Below, piece by piece: positions 13,207 to 28,567 of a stretch of 64,000 bases of DNA (its first letter is position 1; every line of letters starts with the position of its first letter). A model generated the notes under the pieces. That model did not search any database and was not told where the DNA came from. It was given only the letters and a program-made list of their open reading frames with translations. Both the position numbers and the translations under genes were made by a program. The DNA comes from the human T2T-CHM13v2.0 reference genome, Homo sapiens: NCBI RefSeq assembly GCF_009914755.1, contig NC_060928.1; one strand, written 5' to 3'.

Positions 13207-13492
13207 CTTCCCAAAACGGTCATGGCCTCCCCATCATCCTTGCAGTTCAACAGTTTGTCCACATTTGCATCCAGCACAGCTAGGGCCAACTGGAATATCA
13301 CTTTAATTCCTTCATAGAAGAAACAGTCAACAACCACAACTGCACTCTCAAAAGGCATCACACTGAGAAATAGTGTGAGGAACCAAGACAGGGAGATGGT
13401 GGAAATCACGCCCAGGTCTTGCATGCAGTCGTACAGCTGTGGGACGTAGTCTCGTGCTAGCTCCTCAAAGACACCTTGGTCCACCAGTGCAC
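13207..13492 (-). CDS. TBC1D9: TBC1D9 exon 12 (286 bp)
   Basis: Acceptor ccacag|GT, donor GAAG|gtattg; encodes [12 protein letters not shown]...WFLTLF...EAMTVLGR. Confidence 0.96.
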
Positions 13493-13844
13493 CTGTGGCA
13501 GCGATGTATACAAAAAGGCGCAGCTTAGCCAACTACACAGTGTAACTAAAGAATCCATTCAAACAACTTGACTGCTAGCACAGGACTCTGTTCCTTTCTG
13601 CTGACTGTTCTGCTGTGACTGTTACTAGACCAAGGTGTCAACACAGCTCAGTCACCAGATTAGTTCTGGCTGCATCTTCTCTTTCTGGGCTCTTCCTGTC
13701 CTGTTTTCCCTTCCAAAAAAGAACAATCACATGACAATTATAAGGGTTGTTGAGAAAGCCAGTTTATAAGGTTTTCGTGACATACAATTAGTTATTTTGT
13801 TGGCAACATAATGTTTGGTTTGGTATGAGATGTACATCCAAGTA

Positions 13845-14169
13845 CAGTCATGCCTCACTTAACAATGGAGACATGAGAAATGGGTTGTCATGTAAATCTA
13901 TCATGTGAACATCTTTGAGAGTACTCACACAAACCTAGACAGTAGAGCCTTACTACACACCTAGGCTATATGGTATAGCCTATTGCTCCTAGGCTCCAAA
14001 CCTGTATAGCATGTTACTGTACTAAATACTGTAGGCAACTATAACATAATGGTAAACAGTTGTGTATCAAAACATAGAAATGATACAGTAAATATACAGT
14101 ATTATAATCTAATGGGACATCTGTTGTATATGCAGTCCTTCCTCAGCCAGAACATCAACACATGACTAC
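13845..14169. mobile_element. Tigger3a/MER7A-type Tc1-mariner MITE
   Basis: ta-cagtcatg ... catgact termini; internal ctacacacctaggctatatggtatagcctattgctcctagg. Confidence 0.85.
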
Positions 14170-14232
14170 AGTTCCAAATGTATATTTAAGCAGCTTAGCT
14201 GGCAAACTCTTATTAATTAAAAAAAATAATAA

Positions 14233-14503
14233 TAATCCCAGCACTTTGGGAGGCTGAGGCAGGCGGATCACCTGAGGTCAGGAGTTTGAGACCAGCCTGG
14301 CTAACATGGTGAAACCCTATCTCTACTGAAAATACAAAAATTAGCCAGGCATGGTGGTGGTAGTCTGTATAGTCCCAGCTACTCAAAGACTGAGGCAGGA
14401 GAATCACTTGAACCTGGGAGGCGGAGGTTGTAGTGAGCCAAATTCACGCCACTGTACTCCAACCTGGGCGACAGAGCGAGATGGTCTTAAAAAAAAAAAA
14501 AAA
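14233..14503 (+). mobile_element. AluS, 5'-truncated
   Basis: Starts at taatcccagcactttggg; A-tail present. Confidence 0.92.
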
Positions 14504-15267
14504 TCACACTTCTGGATGCATGGTGCCCACAGATTAATCATTTTTTAAAACAATTACTTTTTAAAAAAACTTAAAAGCATTCCTGTTGTACACATTCATG
14601 ATCAACGTAAGGACATTTTTGACAATATTTTCAATAATCAAATTCATGTGCAAATGTTTAGAAATATAGAAAGAACACAAGTGAGAAGCATAAACAATAT
14701 ACTGTACAACCCAAGCAATGAAAAGCTTGTCCTGCTAAAATGAATCACTGATATTTGAGAGAATTACAAGGAGTAACAGCAATAATTTAAATCCTCAAAA
14801 CAGGTGTTTGCTTTGCAATAAAACCAGTCCTGAAAAATACCTTAGAAACCTAGCTTTCAATAAACCTCTATATTCTATTTTTTCCACCCCAGATAGCCTT
14901 TTTTTGGCAACACCTCTGTATTTCGTAGGTTCCCATCCTCTTTATTAATTTTTTTTATCAAATCTCTTTGTGTTAATGGTGCACATACCTGGTGTAGCTC
15001 TCACATGTCAGAGTGACACACACACATGAAATATTTTCTAAAATAATTTCTGGAGCAGGCGTATGTGTATAGTCCCTTAAACTCCACGGGGCTCCTTTGT
15101 ATACAACCTATATTTATTCAACCTCTCTCATTTCCATTTTGAAAAACTGGAGTAGTCTGAAACTCTTTTGGCTTATGGTGACCAGAAATAGTGTTCTGGC
15201 TGGCACCTCTCTAAAAGCATCTTCTTGACGAGACATAGGTTGAAATGTTAAATGCATCTCCACTTAC

Positions 15268-15385
15268 CCACAACTCTGGTGTTGTAGTAATCTGGGAGCA
15301 TGCGCTCACACAAAGCCACAAGCAGCCAGAAAGCTTCCTCCTCTTTGGCATAAAGCAGCAGCACTGAAGTGACAATATTCATGGC
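15268..15385 (-). CDS. TBC1D9: TBC1D9 exon 11 (118 bp): [39 protein letters not shown]
   Basis: Read manually. Acceptor ttttag|GCC, donor GTGG|gtaagt; phase fits neighbours. Confidence 0.96.
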
Positions 15386-15471
15386 CTAAAAAAGTGAAAG
15401 AGGATGTCATCAAATACAGTTGAAAATATAAGCAATTCTGTTAGCATATTAAAATTACTCAGTTATTCTCA

Positions 15472-15685
15472 CAAGGGCTGGCAAACCTTTTCTGTGAAAA
15501 GCGAGATAAATATGTTTAGGCTTTGGAGGCTTTACACATAGTCTCTGTCATATATTCTTCTGAGTTTTGTTTTATGACCCTGTAAAAACATAAAAACCTG
15601 AGTCCTTGAACCAGTAAGTGTGCAGGGTCTTCCTTAACACCAATATTCACCAGACAGAGCCCCGAACTCATGCTGGCAAACCCCT
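15472..15685. mobile_element. MER58-like hAT fossil
   Basis: caagggctggcaaaccttttctgtgaaaagcgagataaatatgtttaggcttt ... ggcaaacccct. Confidence 0.65.
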
Positions 15686-16590
15686 ATTCCAAAAATTTGC
15701 CCAAAGGCTATTTCACAAAGCTTTTAACCTGCTAAAATCTCTCAGTGTTCTTAATCCTTAATTCAGTGAGGTAAACATTTCCTTTGTAACTTTCCGTAAT
15801 GGTTTCTATAATCAGGTACACATGGCTCCAGGCTCTCCTGAGAGAACAACGAAACCTTTCAGACTTGGAGTCCTCACCCAACATTTCCATACGGAGAGAG
15901 ATGGTAGTGATAACTGAGAGTGATTTAAATTCTAAAGTAACTGTAGTTTATTAAAAGATATTATCAGATACCTCATAACCACTCTAGACTCAACTACTTT
16001 AATAGTCTTCTTAATTAAAAAGAGGAAGATCAAAAGGTAAATATGAACTTTATCATATTAGAGGCCAACTACCTCCTGTACTTCTTTTGATCTCCCAGAA
16101 ACCGGTAACTGTTCATCAGGCTTCTACAATTCAATTTCAAAAAAGGTATTTTGGTTTAATAGGCTCTTTCTTGTAAGTCTTACTCATTATGTTCCCAAGT
16201 GACATCATCATGGAAATTCCACTTGAGAATTAACCTGCTGATCCTAGTACATGATGATGGTCCCTGCCAGTTCCTTAGTCATTTAGCGGAGATAGGTTTT
16301 TTTAGGGGTCTACCTTGTAACAGGCTCTGGACTAGGTATTGGAGGATGGGGGACACAGTGGTGATATCTTGCAGGTCCTAAATGCTAGTGTTAGATAAAA
16401 CAAAGATGAAAAGGTTAACTAGTCTATGTGGGGGGTTATTTAAATTGGAAGTTATAAAGAGGTAAAATAATGCAGTAGAGGGAGACTAACGTGTGCATGT
16501 ACGTGCACTTGTGTGTTGAAGTAGGAGTTCAGCCTCTTTTAGCTTTTGCTGGATGGTCAGGGAAGGCCTCTACAATGATATAGCCTTTGA

Positions 16591-16894
<304 letters not shown>

Positions 16895-17258
16895 AATATA
16901 GCCTTTGATTCTAAGGTCACGTTATTTTGGAGCTTCCCAAATTTTGGCATCTATACCAGTACAAGAGATGACTTTTGTTGGTATGTAGGCAACTTTTCTT
17001 AATACTAAGTTAAGCACTTATTTTAATGTGTATTAAGACATAACCCTAGCATATAAAAGCTCTATTCAAGGACATTATTACTTAAGAGGATGCAAAGTAG
17101 CAACACTGTGGCGAACCACAGTGACAGGCCTGGTGCTGAGGATGCCCTCTCTTACTCCAGGGTGGGATGAAGGTTGAGGCAGACAGTGATCAGAAGGATC
17201 TTCTCCAGGTCACCTAGCTAGACAGTGGTGAATCCAGGAAGGTCTCCTCCATTCAGTG

Positions 17259-17466
17259 CAGTGGTTCTCAACCTAGGATGATTCTGCCTCTCAGACATCT
17301 GGCAATATCTAGAGACATTTTTGGTTGTTACAACTGGGGATTTTCTACCAGCATCTAGTGGTAGGGGCCAGGGATGTTACTAAACATTCTACAAAGCATA
17401 GAACAGCCCATACAACAAAGAGTTAACAGTCCAGAGTGTCAACAGTGCCAAGGTTGAGAGGCCCTG
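17259..17466. mobile_element. MER20 hAT MITE
   Basis: cagtggttctcaacc...ggccagggatgttactaaacattctacaa...gtgccaaggttgagaggccctg. Confidence 0.88.
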
Positions 17467-17573
17467 GTAAAGTGATAGTTCTGTTAACCATAAACCTTCC
17501 TTCCCACTATTTGCTGCCAAATGAATAGAAATTTTATTTTATTTTTTTAGCAAAAACCACCTGTGACATTTAC

Positions 17574-17788
17574 CTGGCAATACCCTATGTTGGGATTTCG
17601 AAAAGCATAAGCTGTTAAGACTCTCCTTAGTGCAGCAATGCCCATTTCATTCTGAAAAGCTGGGTGTTCTGGAAGGGAGCGGTGTAAATCCCTCTCAATC
17701 TCCTCCGTGGCGAGATTATACTTCCCCATGGACTTCTCCACTAGGTCTTCATAGTACCCAGGATGTGTGGCCTTCTCATTGATGGCAC
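17574..17788 (-). CDS. TBC1D9: TBC1D9 exon 10 (215 bp), catalytic TBC motifs
   Basis: Acceptor tctcag|GT, donor CAG|gtaaat. Contains the IxxDxxR arginine finger (IERDLHR) and YxQ glutamine finger (GYCQ). Confidence 0.97.
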
Positions 17789-18514
17789 CTGAGATATATC
17801 CAACAGATACAGTATCAAAAACGTGAGAGCTCTGCCTTTTGGTTTGCAACTACAGCTTATGATTGAACTGCTTTACTTTCCTACCTCTCAAAGGAAACTT
17901 GCAAGAGAAGGTGAAATCACAGATGTGGTATGTTGCAATCGTGGCTAGACTGGTGAATTTGCCTGTGGCCTCCTTCCCTCTTTCAGCTCCATAGTAGGCT
18001 GGCTACTTAAAAACTTTCCTAAGGTAGAGGTTCCCAAGCTACAAAACCATGCTCTGAGGAACTCCCACAGACAGTCCTGAAGGGCTGCTTAGGAGCACAG
18101 GTGGGGAGGTCATCATAACAAGCCAGGCTGAGGCTTCACCTTCTCATCACTCTCTTCAACCCCAGCAGCTTTGCTTTTATTTTATTGTGGTTTCATTAAG
18201 ATTTCACTTGAAATAGGAGGTTCTGTCTCTCAAAATAAGTCTGAAAACTGCCTGCTAACGTGTTAGCTCTGAAGGGTTTAATAGCCATATTGAGGGAGAT
18301 ACTTGGAGTTTTTCAAATTGCAGAGTGGTAAGAGTATTCCTAACAGTGGTGAGTCATCATTGTTGACAGAAGTTCCTCAGGTGTTGGGGATGGGGATGGA
18401 GGGTTATACTGAGAATCATCCATTTGAGATACTTACAGTTTAGGATTCTTCAAGACAGAAAAACCCTATATGCAAGTATCTACCTCTCAATCTAAATTTT
18501 AATTACATTCCTGT

Positions 18515-19900
18515 TGGGAAGACTGAATATTCACATGCAGAAGAATGAAAATGAACTCTTTTTTTATACCATGTACCAAAATTAATGCAAAATGGATTAA
18601 ATTAAATTTCAATTCCTGAAACCATAAAACTAGTAGAAGAAAATATAGAAAGAAAATGCTTCTTGACACTGATATGGCAATTATTTTCTGGATGTGACAC
18701 CAATAGCACGGGCAGCAAAAGCAAAAATCAGACAAGTGGGATAGCATCAAACTAAAAAGCTCTGCACAGCAAAGGAAGCAATCAAAAAGCAACTTAATGG
18801 AAGAAAATATCTGCAAACCATATGTCTGATAAGGGGTCAATATACAAAATATATAATGAACTCACAGAACTCAATAGCCTAAACCAAACAACCTGATTTT
18901 AAAATGGGCAAAGGAAATGAATAGACAGTTCTCAAAAGAAGGTATACAAATCACCAACAGGTGTATTTAAAGGTGCTCAACATCACTAATCATCAGGGAA
19001 ATGCAAATCAAAACTACAATGAAATACCACCTCATACCTGTCAGAATGGCTATGATAAAAAAGACAAAAGATAACAAGTGTCAGCAAGGATGTGGAGAAA
19101 AGGGAACCCTTGTACACTGTTGGTGGGAATGTAAATTGCTACAGCCATTACAGAAAACAGTATAGAGATTCCTTAAACTAAAAATAGAGCTACCTTATGA
19201 TCCAGTAATCCCACTCTAAGCATATATCCAAAAGAAGTGAAATCAGTATCCTGAAGAAATATCTGCATCCTATGTTTATTGCAACATTTTCACAATAGCC
19301 AAGATATAGAAACAATCTAAATACCCATTAAGAGATGAATGGATAAAGAAAATGGGGCATATATACAAAATGGGATACTATATTCAGCCTATAAGAGGGG
19401 AAGTCCTATCATTTTTGATAACATGGTTGAACCCAGAAGACATTATGCTAAGTGAAATAAGCCAGGCACAGAAAGACAAGTAATACATGTTCTCAGTTGT
19501 ATGTGGAATCTAATATAGTCAAACTCATAGAAACAGAGTCTAGAATGGTGATTACCAGGAGCTAAGGAAGGGGAAAAATGGAGAGATGTTGGTCAAAGGG
19601 TATAGAGCTTCAGTTATAAGAAATGAAAATGTTCTGAAGATCTAATGTAATACTGTATTGTATACTTGAAATTTGCTAAGAGGGTAGATCTTAAGTGTTC
19701 TCTCACCAAACTCTCCCCACAAAAAAAAAAAAAAAAACAAGAAAAAAAGACAAAAAGAAAAAATCATGGGAACAATGTGAGGTAATAGATATGGTAAACT
19801 AGCTCAATTATAGTAATCATTTCACAATGTATATGAAATCATCAAATTAATACACCTTAAATATATATACTTTTTATTTGTCAATTATACCTCAACAACG
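18515..19900 (+). mobile_element. L1MA-type 3' fragment (end of ORF2 plus 3'UTR)
   Basis: aacatcactaatcatcagggaaatgcaaatcaaaac, ggatgtggagaaaagggaaccc and tttgctaagagggtagatcttaagtgttctc. Confidence 0.9.
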
Positions 19901-20507
19901 CATGAATGAGTTCATGAAGGCTGCAGGATACAAAAAAGAATAAAATATTTCGGAATAAATATAACAAAACACATGTAAGAGTTGCACACTGCAAGCTACA
20001 AAATATTGCTAAAAGAAATTGACAAAGACTTAAATAAAAGACATCCTGTGTTTATGGGTTGGAAGACTTAATGTTGTTAAGATAGAAAAACTCCCAAACT
20101 GATCTACAGATTCAACACAATACCTATCAAAATCCCATCTGTCCTTTTTGCAAAAATTGGCTAGCTGGTCCTAAAATTCATATGCAACTTCAAGAGACTC
20201 AAAAAAGGACAAGAAAATTGGAGGACTCACACTTCCCAATTTTAAAACTTACTGCAAAGCTACAGTAAGCAAGACAGTGTAGTACTGGCATAAAGATAGA
20301 CATACAGATCAATGGACTAGATTTAAGAGTCCAGAAATAAATCCTAACATTTAAGGTCTATTAATTTTTAACAAGGGTGCTAAGACAATTCACTGGGGGA
20401 AAGAATAGTATTTTCAACAAATGGTGCTGGGACAACTAGATATCCATACGGAAAAGAATGAATTAGACAGTCACCTGCATCTCACACCACATAAAAAATT
20501 AACTCAA

Positions 20508-20814
<307 letters not shown>

Positions 20815-21364
20815 TCAAAATGACCTAACTATAAGAGCTAAAACTACAAACTCTTAGAAGAAAGCATAGTAGTGTAAATCTTCATGTCATGAGAGCAGAG
20901 TGACAAAGGAAAAAATAGACAAATTGTATTTCATTAAAATTAAATTTTTTTGTGCTTCGAAGGATACCATCAAAGACAGTGAAAAGACAATGCACAGAAT
21001 GGGAGCATTTTTAGGAAAAATCTGATAATGAACTTGTATCTCAAATATGTTTAAAAACTTTTACAACTCAATAACTAAAAGATAACCCAATTAAGAGCAG
21101 GCAAAGGATCTGAGTACATATTTCTACAAAGAAGATATAGAAGTGGTCAGTAAGTGCATGAAAAAATGTTCAACATCATTATCCTTCAGGAGAATGCAAA
21201 TCAAAATAATGTTTAACCTTTAAAAGGTTAAACATAGAGTTACCATACGAACCAGAAATTCCACTTCATTCATACATTCAAGAGAAATAGAAGCAGGTGT
21301 CCATAAAAAAACCTGTATTTAAAAAAATTTTAAACTTTTGAATTTTCTAAATTTTAAATCTATA

Positions 21365-21692
<328 letters not shown>

Positions 21693-21941
21693 TAGCAGCA
21701 TTATTCATAGGAACCAAAAAGTAGAAACAACCTAAATGTTTATCAACTGAAAAACGAATGAACAGAGTGTAGTATGTCCATACAATGATATAATATTTGG
21801 CCATAAAAAGGAATGAAATGCTGATACATGCTATGATATGGTGGAACCTTGAACACAGTATGCTATGTGAAAGAAGCCAGTCACAAAAACCTACATATTG
21901 TATGCTTCCATTTATACAAAATGTCTAGCAACAGAAAGTAG

Positions 21942-22318
<377 letters not shown>

Positions 22319-23303
22319 TATATCTATTTTCCAAATGGATAAAAGGTATGGGGTGTTTTGGGGGGATGAAAAATGTTCTATAATTGTGATCATTGCACAA
22401 TTCTGTGAATATACTAAAAAAAAAAAAAAAACCACTGAATTGTACACCTTAACTAGTAAGTTGTGAATTATATCTCAATAAAGATATCACAAAAAATATA
22501 TAAATGATATATATATATTGACAGGGTAAACACTCAACATTTCATAATTCAGAAAAGTGGAGCCCCAAGACCCCTGGACTGGCCAAGGCCTTGTCTCTGA
22601 TGGTCACTGAGAGAGCTGGCCTCACCACTCACGCTGGCCCTGGAAAAGCCAACCCAGCTGACAGGGACATAACGCTGGCTTTTGCTCTGTTGATGTGGGA
22701 GACGTACTGTGATTTCTTGTCATCTGACCTGCATTTCATTTCAGCGGGTACAGAGTTCAGGTCATGATGCCGTCACCCTAAGGGTCACAGGAAGCAGGTG
22801 AGACCCAAGTTGGGCTCTGGCCTGGAGCTGTGCTCTCTTCATGATAAGCTGGCCTTCAGGCGAACCCCATTCCTGGATGTGGAAATACGGGCTCAGTTAT
22901 CACCCCAACAGAGGGCCGTGTGGAGACCACCCTGCGGTCTCACATGGTCCATCTGCCGTTAAAGGAAACACTGGGTCTAACTCTCAACATTATCTCTGAG
23001 ATAGGGCTGTGTACTATTGTTGTATACACTAGTTTCCTGGTACTCGTTTTGAGTTTCATTTTCACTTAAAATGCAGCTATAAATAACTTCTAATTTGAAC
23101 AAGGAGGATGAAAATGGAAATCTGTTTACTCTGTCAGTGATCTGAATCTGGTTGTCAAGGTGACTAGTTCACTAAACACAGGGAAGACAAGAAAAGACTG
23201 GATGGTAATGATCTTCTTGGGTTTGAATTATAATTAGAGATGAGTTGACTCAAATTTAGGTTTCTAAATGAGGAGCTATGGCTGGTCCACTTAGGGAAAA
23301 TGA

Positions 23304-23453
23304 GGCCAGGCACAGTGGCTCATGACTATCATCCCAGCACCTGGGAGGCTGAGGTAGGAGGATTGATTGAGCCTACAAGTTTGAGACCACCCTGGGCAAC
23401 ACAGCAAGACACCTATCTCTACAAAAAGAAAGAAGGAAAGAAAAATGAAAAAT
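23304..23453 (+). mobile_element. FLAM / Alu left monomer
   Basis: Single monomer followed by an A-rich tail. Confidence 0.85.
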
Positions 23454-24603
23454 AAGACATGTATTAAATAAATATAGAACAAACTAGTTTTACATGAAAT
23501 AGACAAAACCAATTATTTTTCAGGATTATACGTCCCTATTTCTGAGACATTTATACATCTCATTATGGGCATTACATCTACTTTTACAAAGAGCTATAGG
23601 TTTTTTTAAAGGCTTTCCTGTGAGTCGTAATTATTAATTTTAGTATCACTTTTTAAGAATAAAAGCTTTTAATAATAGCATTTGTGTCAGACCATCTTAG
23701 GTTCAAATAAAAATATTCACATAAGCCTATTTAGAATGATAATATTTCAGGCTTCAATCCAGATAGAGCAACTAATTTACATGTGAAAGTAAAGTTGGTG
23801 AAACTAAGGAGTGCTCTGATGTCTGAGATATTAAAGATCCCTGGGATACACTCAGTGCTTTCGGATGGGAGGAAGCAGTGTGAGCTTAGCCTGAAGGATC
23901 TCTGGTTTCTGTAGCAGGGCTCAAAGATCTGATGTGACAGAATGATGGACAGGCACAAGAGCCAGGTCTGTGGACCAGTAAAGATGGATGCCTCTTCACC
24001 ACTGGTCCATGGAAGTGTCCCCTTCTGTCCTTCCTGGCATCTCTGGCTTGAAGTACAAGGTATGATCTGAGTAAGCTTTTATTTCCAGTGCAGACTCTGG
24101 CCTCATCTTTATGGTTCCAATGATGACCAAAGACTTCAGGAGGTGGCAAAAATCAAACACCTGGGCCTTTTTATTCCTCTTATTTCTTTCCTCCCAATTC
24201 CCCACCCGATGACTGCTCTGAGGAAGTGTCACACTTAAACATTCTCAATGAAGTTGACGTAGCTGGGCAAGGAAAAAAGAACTACTGAAGTCACAAAGTA
24301 TTCTGTTCTTTTACTTCAGGTTCTCTTTTATTCCTAAATAGCCTGACTGAAGAAATGGAAGTATTTATAAAGACTCGAAGGATGGTGGATTCAACATTTG
24401 GTCCGCTTCCTATGGGTCCTATAGTTTTACAAAGGGAACAATAATTGAGGAACTTCAATACTCTGGTGAGGAAACATGATGTAGCTTTCAACTGGGGGAT
24501 GCATATTTGAAAGAACCCCTGAGGCATGACTGAAGGCACAGGGAGGCCCTGGTGTGGAGTCCCACAGACTTTGACGCCAGCATTCCCAGCCCAGCGGCCG
24601 TAC

Positions 24604-24754
24604 CTGACAGCAGCAGCCAGAGCTCCCCACGCATGCTCTCCGGGATGCCCTTCAACACCAGCTCCCGCGTTTTCTCTGTGCGGTACATGCAGATCCCTTG
24701 CCCATACTCAGCAAAGTGAATCTTCCAGGCTTGCTCTTTCAGAAACTCTTTGGC
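24604..24754 (-). CDS. TBC1D9: TBC1D9 exon 9 (151 bp), start of TBC domain
   Basis: Acceptor tttcag|GCC, donor TCAG|gtacgg; encodes [10 protein letters not shown]...[16 protein letters not shown]. Confidence 0.96.
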
Positions 24755-25320
24755 CTGAAAGGGATAATGAAACATTATGACATCCAAAGTACCCTGAGGA
24801 TGGTAAGAGAAGAGTGATGGAAGGTCAGAACATGTTCCCTGCTGAACGGAGTGACAATTCCAGAAAGAAGTCATGAGAAAAAGGAACTCAGATTTTCTGG
24901 AGTTCTTCTCTAGTTTTATACATCTATCATGGCCTACAGCTCTGCCATGAAGCTTTTGGGCCCAGAGTCAGAATCCTACTTACCTGAGATTGTATTTATG
25001 GTTTTATGTCTGCACCCCCAAGTGAAAGTAAGTTAATGATGTTTAAATATGGGCTGAGAAATCGGGTATTTATTTGTTGGTTTAACTTAAGCAAGAGTTA
25101 AAAACAAAACAAGACCAAAAGAAGTCACCTGTACCCTCTATAACTCATCTCCTTCCATGAAGCCACTGTGAAAGTTATAACATATTTAGACAAAAATCTG
25201 CTTAACTTATAGGAAAATCTCCATTTACATAGGCATGTGTGAATTTACTTACAGTAAAAAATATTGTTAATGGCATTGTTCAAATCTACAAAGTTTCAGG
25301 GAAAAGTGAGAGGCACCCAC

Positions 25321-25491
25321 CAATTTCGGGTTGAACTCCTCGGGAGACCGCCGCCGATACATGGTCATCAGGGTCTGTGTGGCTGTGGGGACGCTGTTGC
25401 CATTTAGGTTAAACTGGCGCTCTCCATCAGCATCAGAGCTCGTGCTTCTCTGGGGGCTGGAGGAGACGAGGCTGCTGGGTCGAGAGTACAC
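25321..25491 (-). CDS. TBC1D9: TBC1D9 exon 8 (171 bp)
   Basis: Acceptor tgacag|GTG, donor TTG|gtgggt; encodes VYSRPSSLVSSSPQ...EEFNPKL. Confidence 0.95.
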
Positions 25492-26406
25492 CTGTCAATA
25501 CAGAGAGGAACAAGACATTGGGAGGACACGGGCAATAGAACCTACTTCTTCAGTGTCTTCTGTATGGTTATCAAAAGCTACATCATTTTTTTCCCATGGT
25601 GTTTCTTGCTATGTGAAGAAACACGAGAAAAGCAGCAAGCCATCATTTTGGCAGGGATTAGACAGGTGGCTGGGTCCCAGGCCGCAGCACTTCAATGCTC
25701 ACAATAGGTTTCTGAATCTTCATGTTTTATATGTATATTTGCAACAAAGTGCTTGGCCATTTGTTTCTCTGATTTGCATGTATGCAAAGCATGTCATGGT
25801 TGAATCAGCAGCTATGGCAGCCTCATCACCCCATTGAGTTTCTGGCGCCTCAAAAATGTCCACATAAGCTTGGAGCAGGTGAACAGAGACAGAGATGTTA
25901 TGTGTGAGCTTACCACCTTCGAAACATGTTTTATCTGCCATAACTTCCTCTAACCATTCAGATAGTCACCTATCTTTTCAGGCCTCCAGTGTTCCTGAAT
26001 GTTGGTCCAGGGAAGAATTCCACAGGGACCCAATATGTATTCTATCATAATAAAAATCATCATAATGATTTGTATTTCAGGTTTGAGACTTTATTTAGTG
26101 ACCTCTGTACCATTCTCAACAATGTCACTATATGGACCTGAGTCACTTGCTATGTAACTAGAACAGATTACTTAAGAATTTCTTCAACTATAAAATAAAA
26201 GTGTTATTCCAGGTGATCTATAAGGTTCCTTCTAAATCTATGACCCCAAATACAAAGTCCTTGAGATTTAAATGAGATATTGCTGAGATATTGCTTTGGG
26301 CGTCAGACGCAAAGCTTGAAGATCAAACAAAATGGGCAAGGAACTGAACACACTTGGGCACAGGAACAGGATAAACCAAAAATACTTTCAGGTGTCTCCC
26401 ACAGAC

Positions 26407-26613
26407 CTCATCATCTGAACTGTTGTAACTTCCTGCAAACTCCTTGTCAGAATATATTTTGGAAGTAGTCTGTTGCAGGAAATCTGAGATCCTCTGCACT
26501 AGAAAGTCTCTATCTTTCAAGTTGGCAAATAGGAAGGTCATCCTGTTTCGGGTGCTGATGGATAAGGGACTGGGGAGCACACTGGAGCTGTCTGCCTTTT
26601 CCACAATTGTCAC
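26407..26613 (-). CDS. TBC1D9: TBC1D9 exon 7 (207 bp)
   Basis: Acceptor ttttcag|GTG, donor GAG|gtctgt; encodes VTIVEKADSS...YNSSDDE. Confidence 0.95.
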
Positions 26614-26846
26614 CTGAAAAGAAGTGGGAAACAAAGAGCATTATTTTCCAAGAATTACCCAATAGCAGCCTATATGCAGCACTAAAGGAGGAAGGCGGCA
26701 CTTTCATTATTCTATAGGAACCACCTATATTTTATTGAGGCAAAACTGAGACTCTTTGACTCTGTTCCAGTAAAATAAAACAGCTCAAAACAATCAAACT
26801 GGAGCTTATACTAGAAACTGGAACCGTCTTGCTGGTTTTTCCAAAT

Positions 26847-27068
26847 CAGTGGTTCAAAATGGGACTTTTTTCCTCTCAGGAGACATCTGGCAACATCTGG
26901 AGGCAGTTTGGGTTGTCACAGGTAGAGGGATACTACTGGCATCTGGTAGCAGAGTCCCGGGATGCTGCTAAACATCCTACGACACACAGGACAGCCCCTG
27001 CCATCCCACTCCACCACAACGAAAGCCTGTCCCAAAATGTCAATAGCTCCAAGGTTGAGAAACCTTGC
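26847..27068. mobile_element. MER20 hAT MITE
   Basis: cagtggttcaaa...gggatgctgctaaacatcctac...ccaaggttgagaaaccttg. Confidence 0.88.
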
Positions 27069-27359
27069 TATAAAGGAATTATTTGATTTTCATTAAAATT
27101 TCGTGGAGCTATAAGAGAGAGGGCTCCTCGCTGCTTCATCAGCCATAAGAGACAGAAAACAACCCATGATACTGGTTCCTTTTACCAAGCTTAATGTTGG
27201 AATGGTTTTCAAAACACCACCAATCCTTCAAATGTTTCATTTAGACTCCAGGGCTTTTCATCCTTCACCTTCTACCACTGCAAAGTTTTAAAGGTTCTAT
27301 TCTGAACAGACATGTAAAGAATGTAAACAGCTTAATTGCAACATTATCTGAACTACCAG

Positions 27360-27361
<2 letters not shown>

Positions 27362-27405
<44 letters not shown>
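27362..27405. repeat. (TG)22 microsatellite
   Basis: Pure TG run. Confidence 0.97.
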
Positions 27406-27406
<1 letters not shown>

Positions 27407-28567
27407 CGAAGCCTACCACATTGGGGAAATTTAGCTCTAAACTGAAGACATATACGGGTGATTTATAATAGGATTTTCATCAACTAGAAACTAGGATAAA
27501 CGCATTAAAACTTTTCTCTTTAGCACATTAGAAAACAAATCTCAAGGCAAGCACTAGAAAAATGGTTTATTTGCAGCAGCTCTGACAATATACTTAAAGC
27601 TAAGATCTTTTTTCCCTTCTTCATTTCTACTGCAAGCAGTCTAGACAGGTTAAACTTTAAGTTGTTCATTAGCATTTTCATGTGAAATATATTTCCTTCA
27701 AAGCACAACTTAGAAATGTTTTCCCTACTCAAGACTAAGTAACCTATTGAAGTTGTCTAAAAACTCTTGCATATCTAAAAAAATAGGTCTGCCTGGGGTC
27801 CATCAAGGGAAAAAGTGTAGCATCTGACTGCTGTTTTCAGAATATATGTGTTAGAGTATATATGATTCTTTTAATATCTATATTAAATATATGTGTTAAT
27901 ATATGACATATAATATACATTATATATTAAACATACATTATAGAATATTAAAAATATATATTTATATATATTAAAGGAATCTTCTGAGACACCTGAAGTT
28001 GTACATAAGGATTTTCTTTCTAATGCAATAAATGCTACATAACAGAGGGAAATACCTCCTTTTCCTGAAAAGAATTTTCCCATAACACTTAAGGCATGTA
28101 TTAAAGAATACTTATTTTTTAAAATCCACAAAAGCCCCTTTTCTCACATAAAATTTTTACTGGCTCTTTTGGTCATGAGGTGTCTGGGATAAATGGAAAA
28201 TGCCAAGGAGATGAAAGGTTACATTATGTGTCTAAAACGCAGTTAGCTACGTGGATCTTGATAAAGTCAAAGTGAAAAATTCCTTCGTCTAGCTGGAGCA
28301 TGTATGCAGAAACAAGAAAGCTCCCACATAAAACATATAAATGCTCAGACGGCTTATAAAATGTTTCTCACTGATAAATGAGTTCTAGCAGAACTCTATC
28401 ACATAAGCTCCCCGCCACCAGGAAAGGAGAACAATTACATTAGAGTCTGCTACAATATAATGAGACATATTTTCATGACCAATTTGAGTTATAAAAGAGA
28501 CTGCAACTTAATCAAGTCTTGGTGTTTAATATGAAACACTGGAAAGTAATTTATGAATGAAAAAAAA

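Noticed and set aside
23280-23290. ggctggtcc, matching the Y RNA 5' end
   Set aside because: Only 9 nt match, with no Y RNA body downstream.
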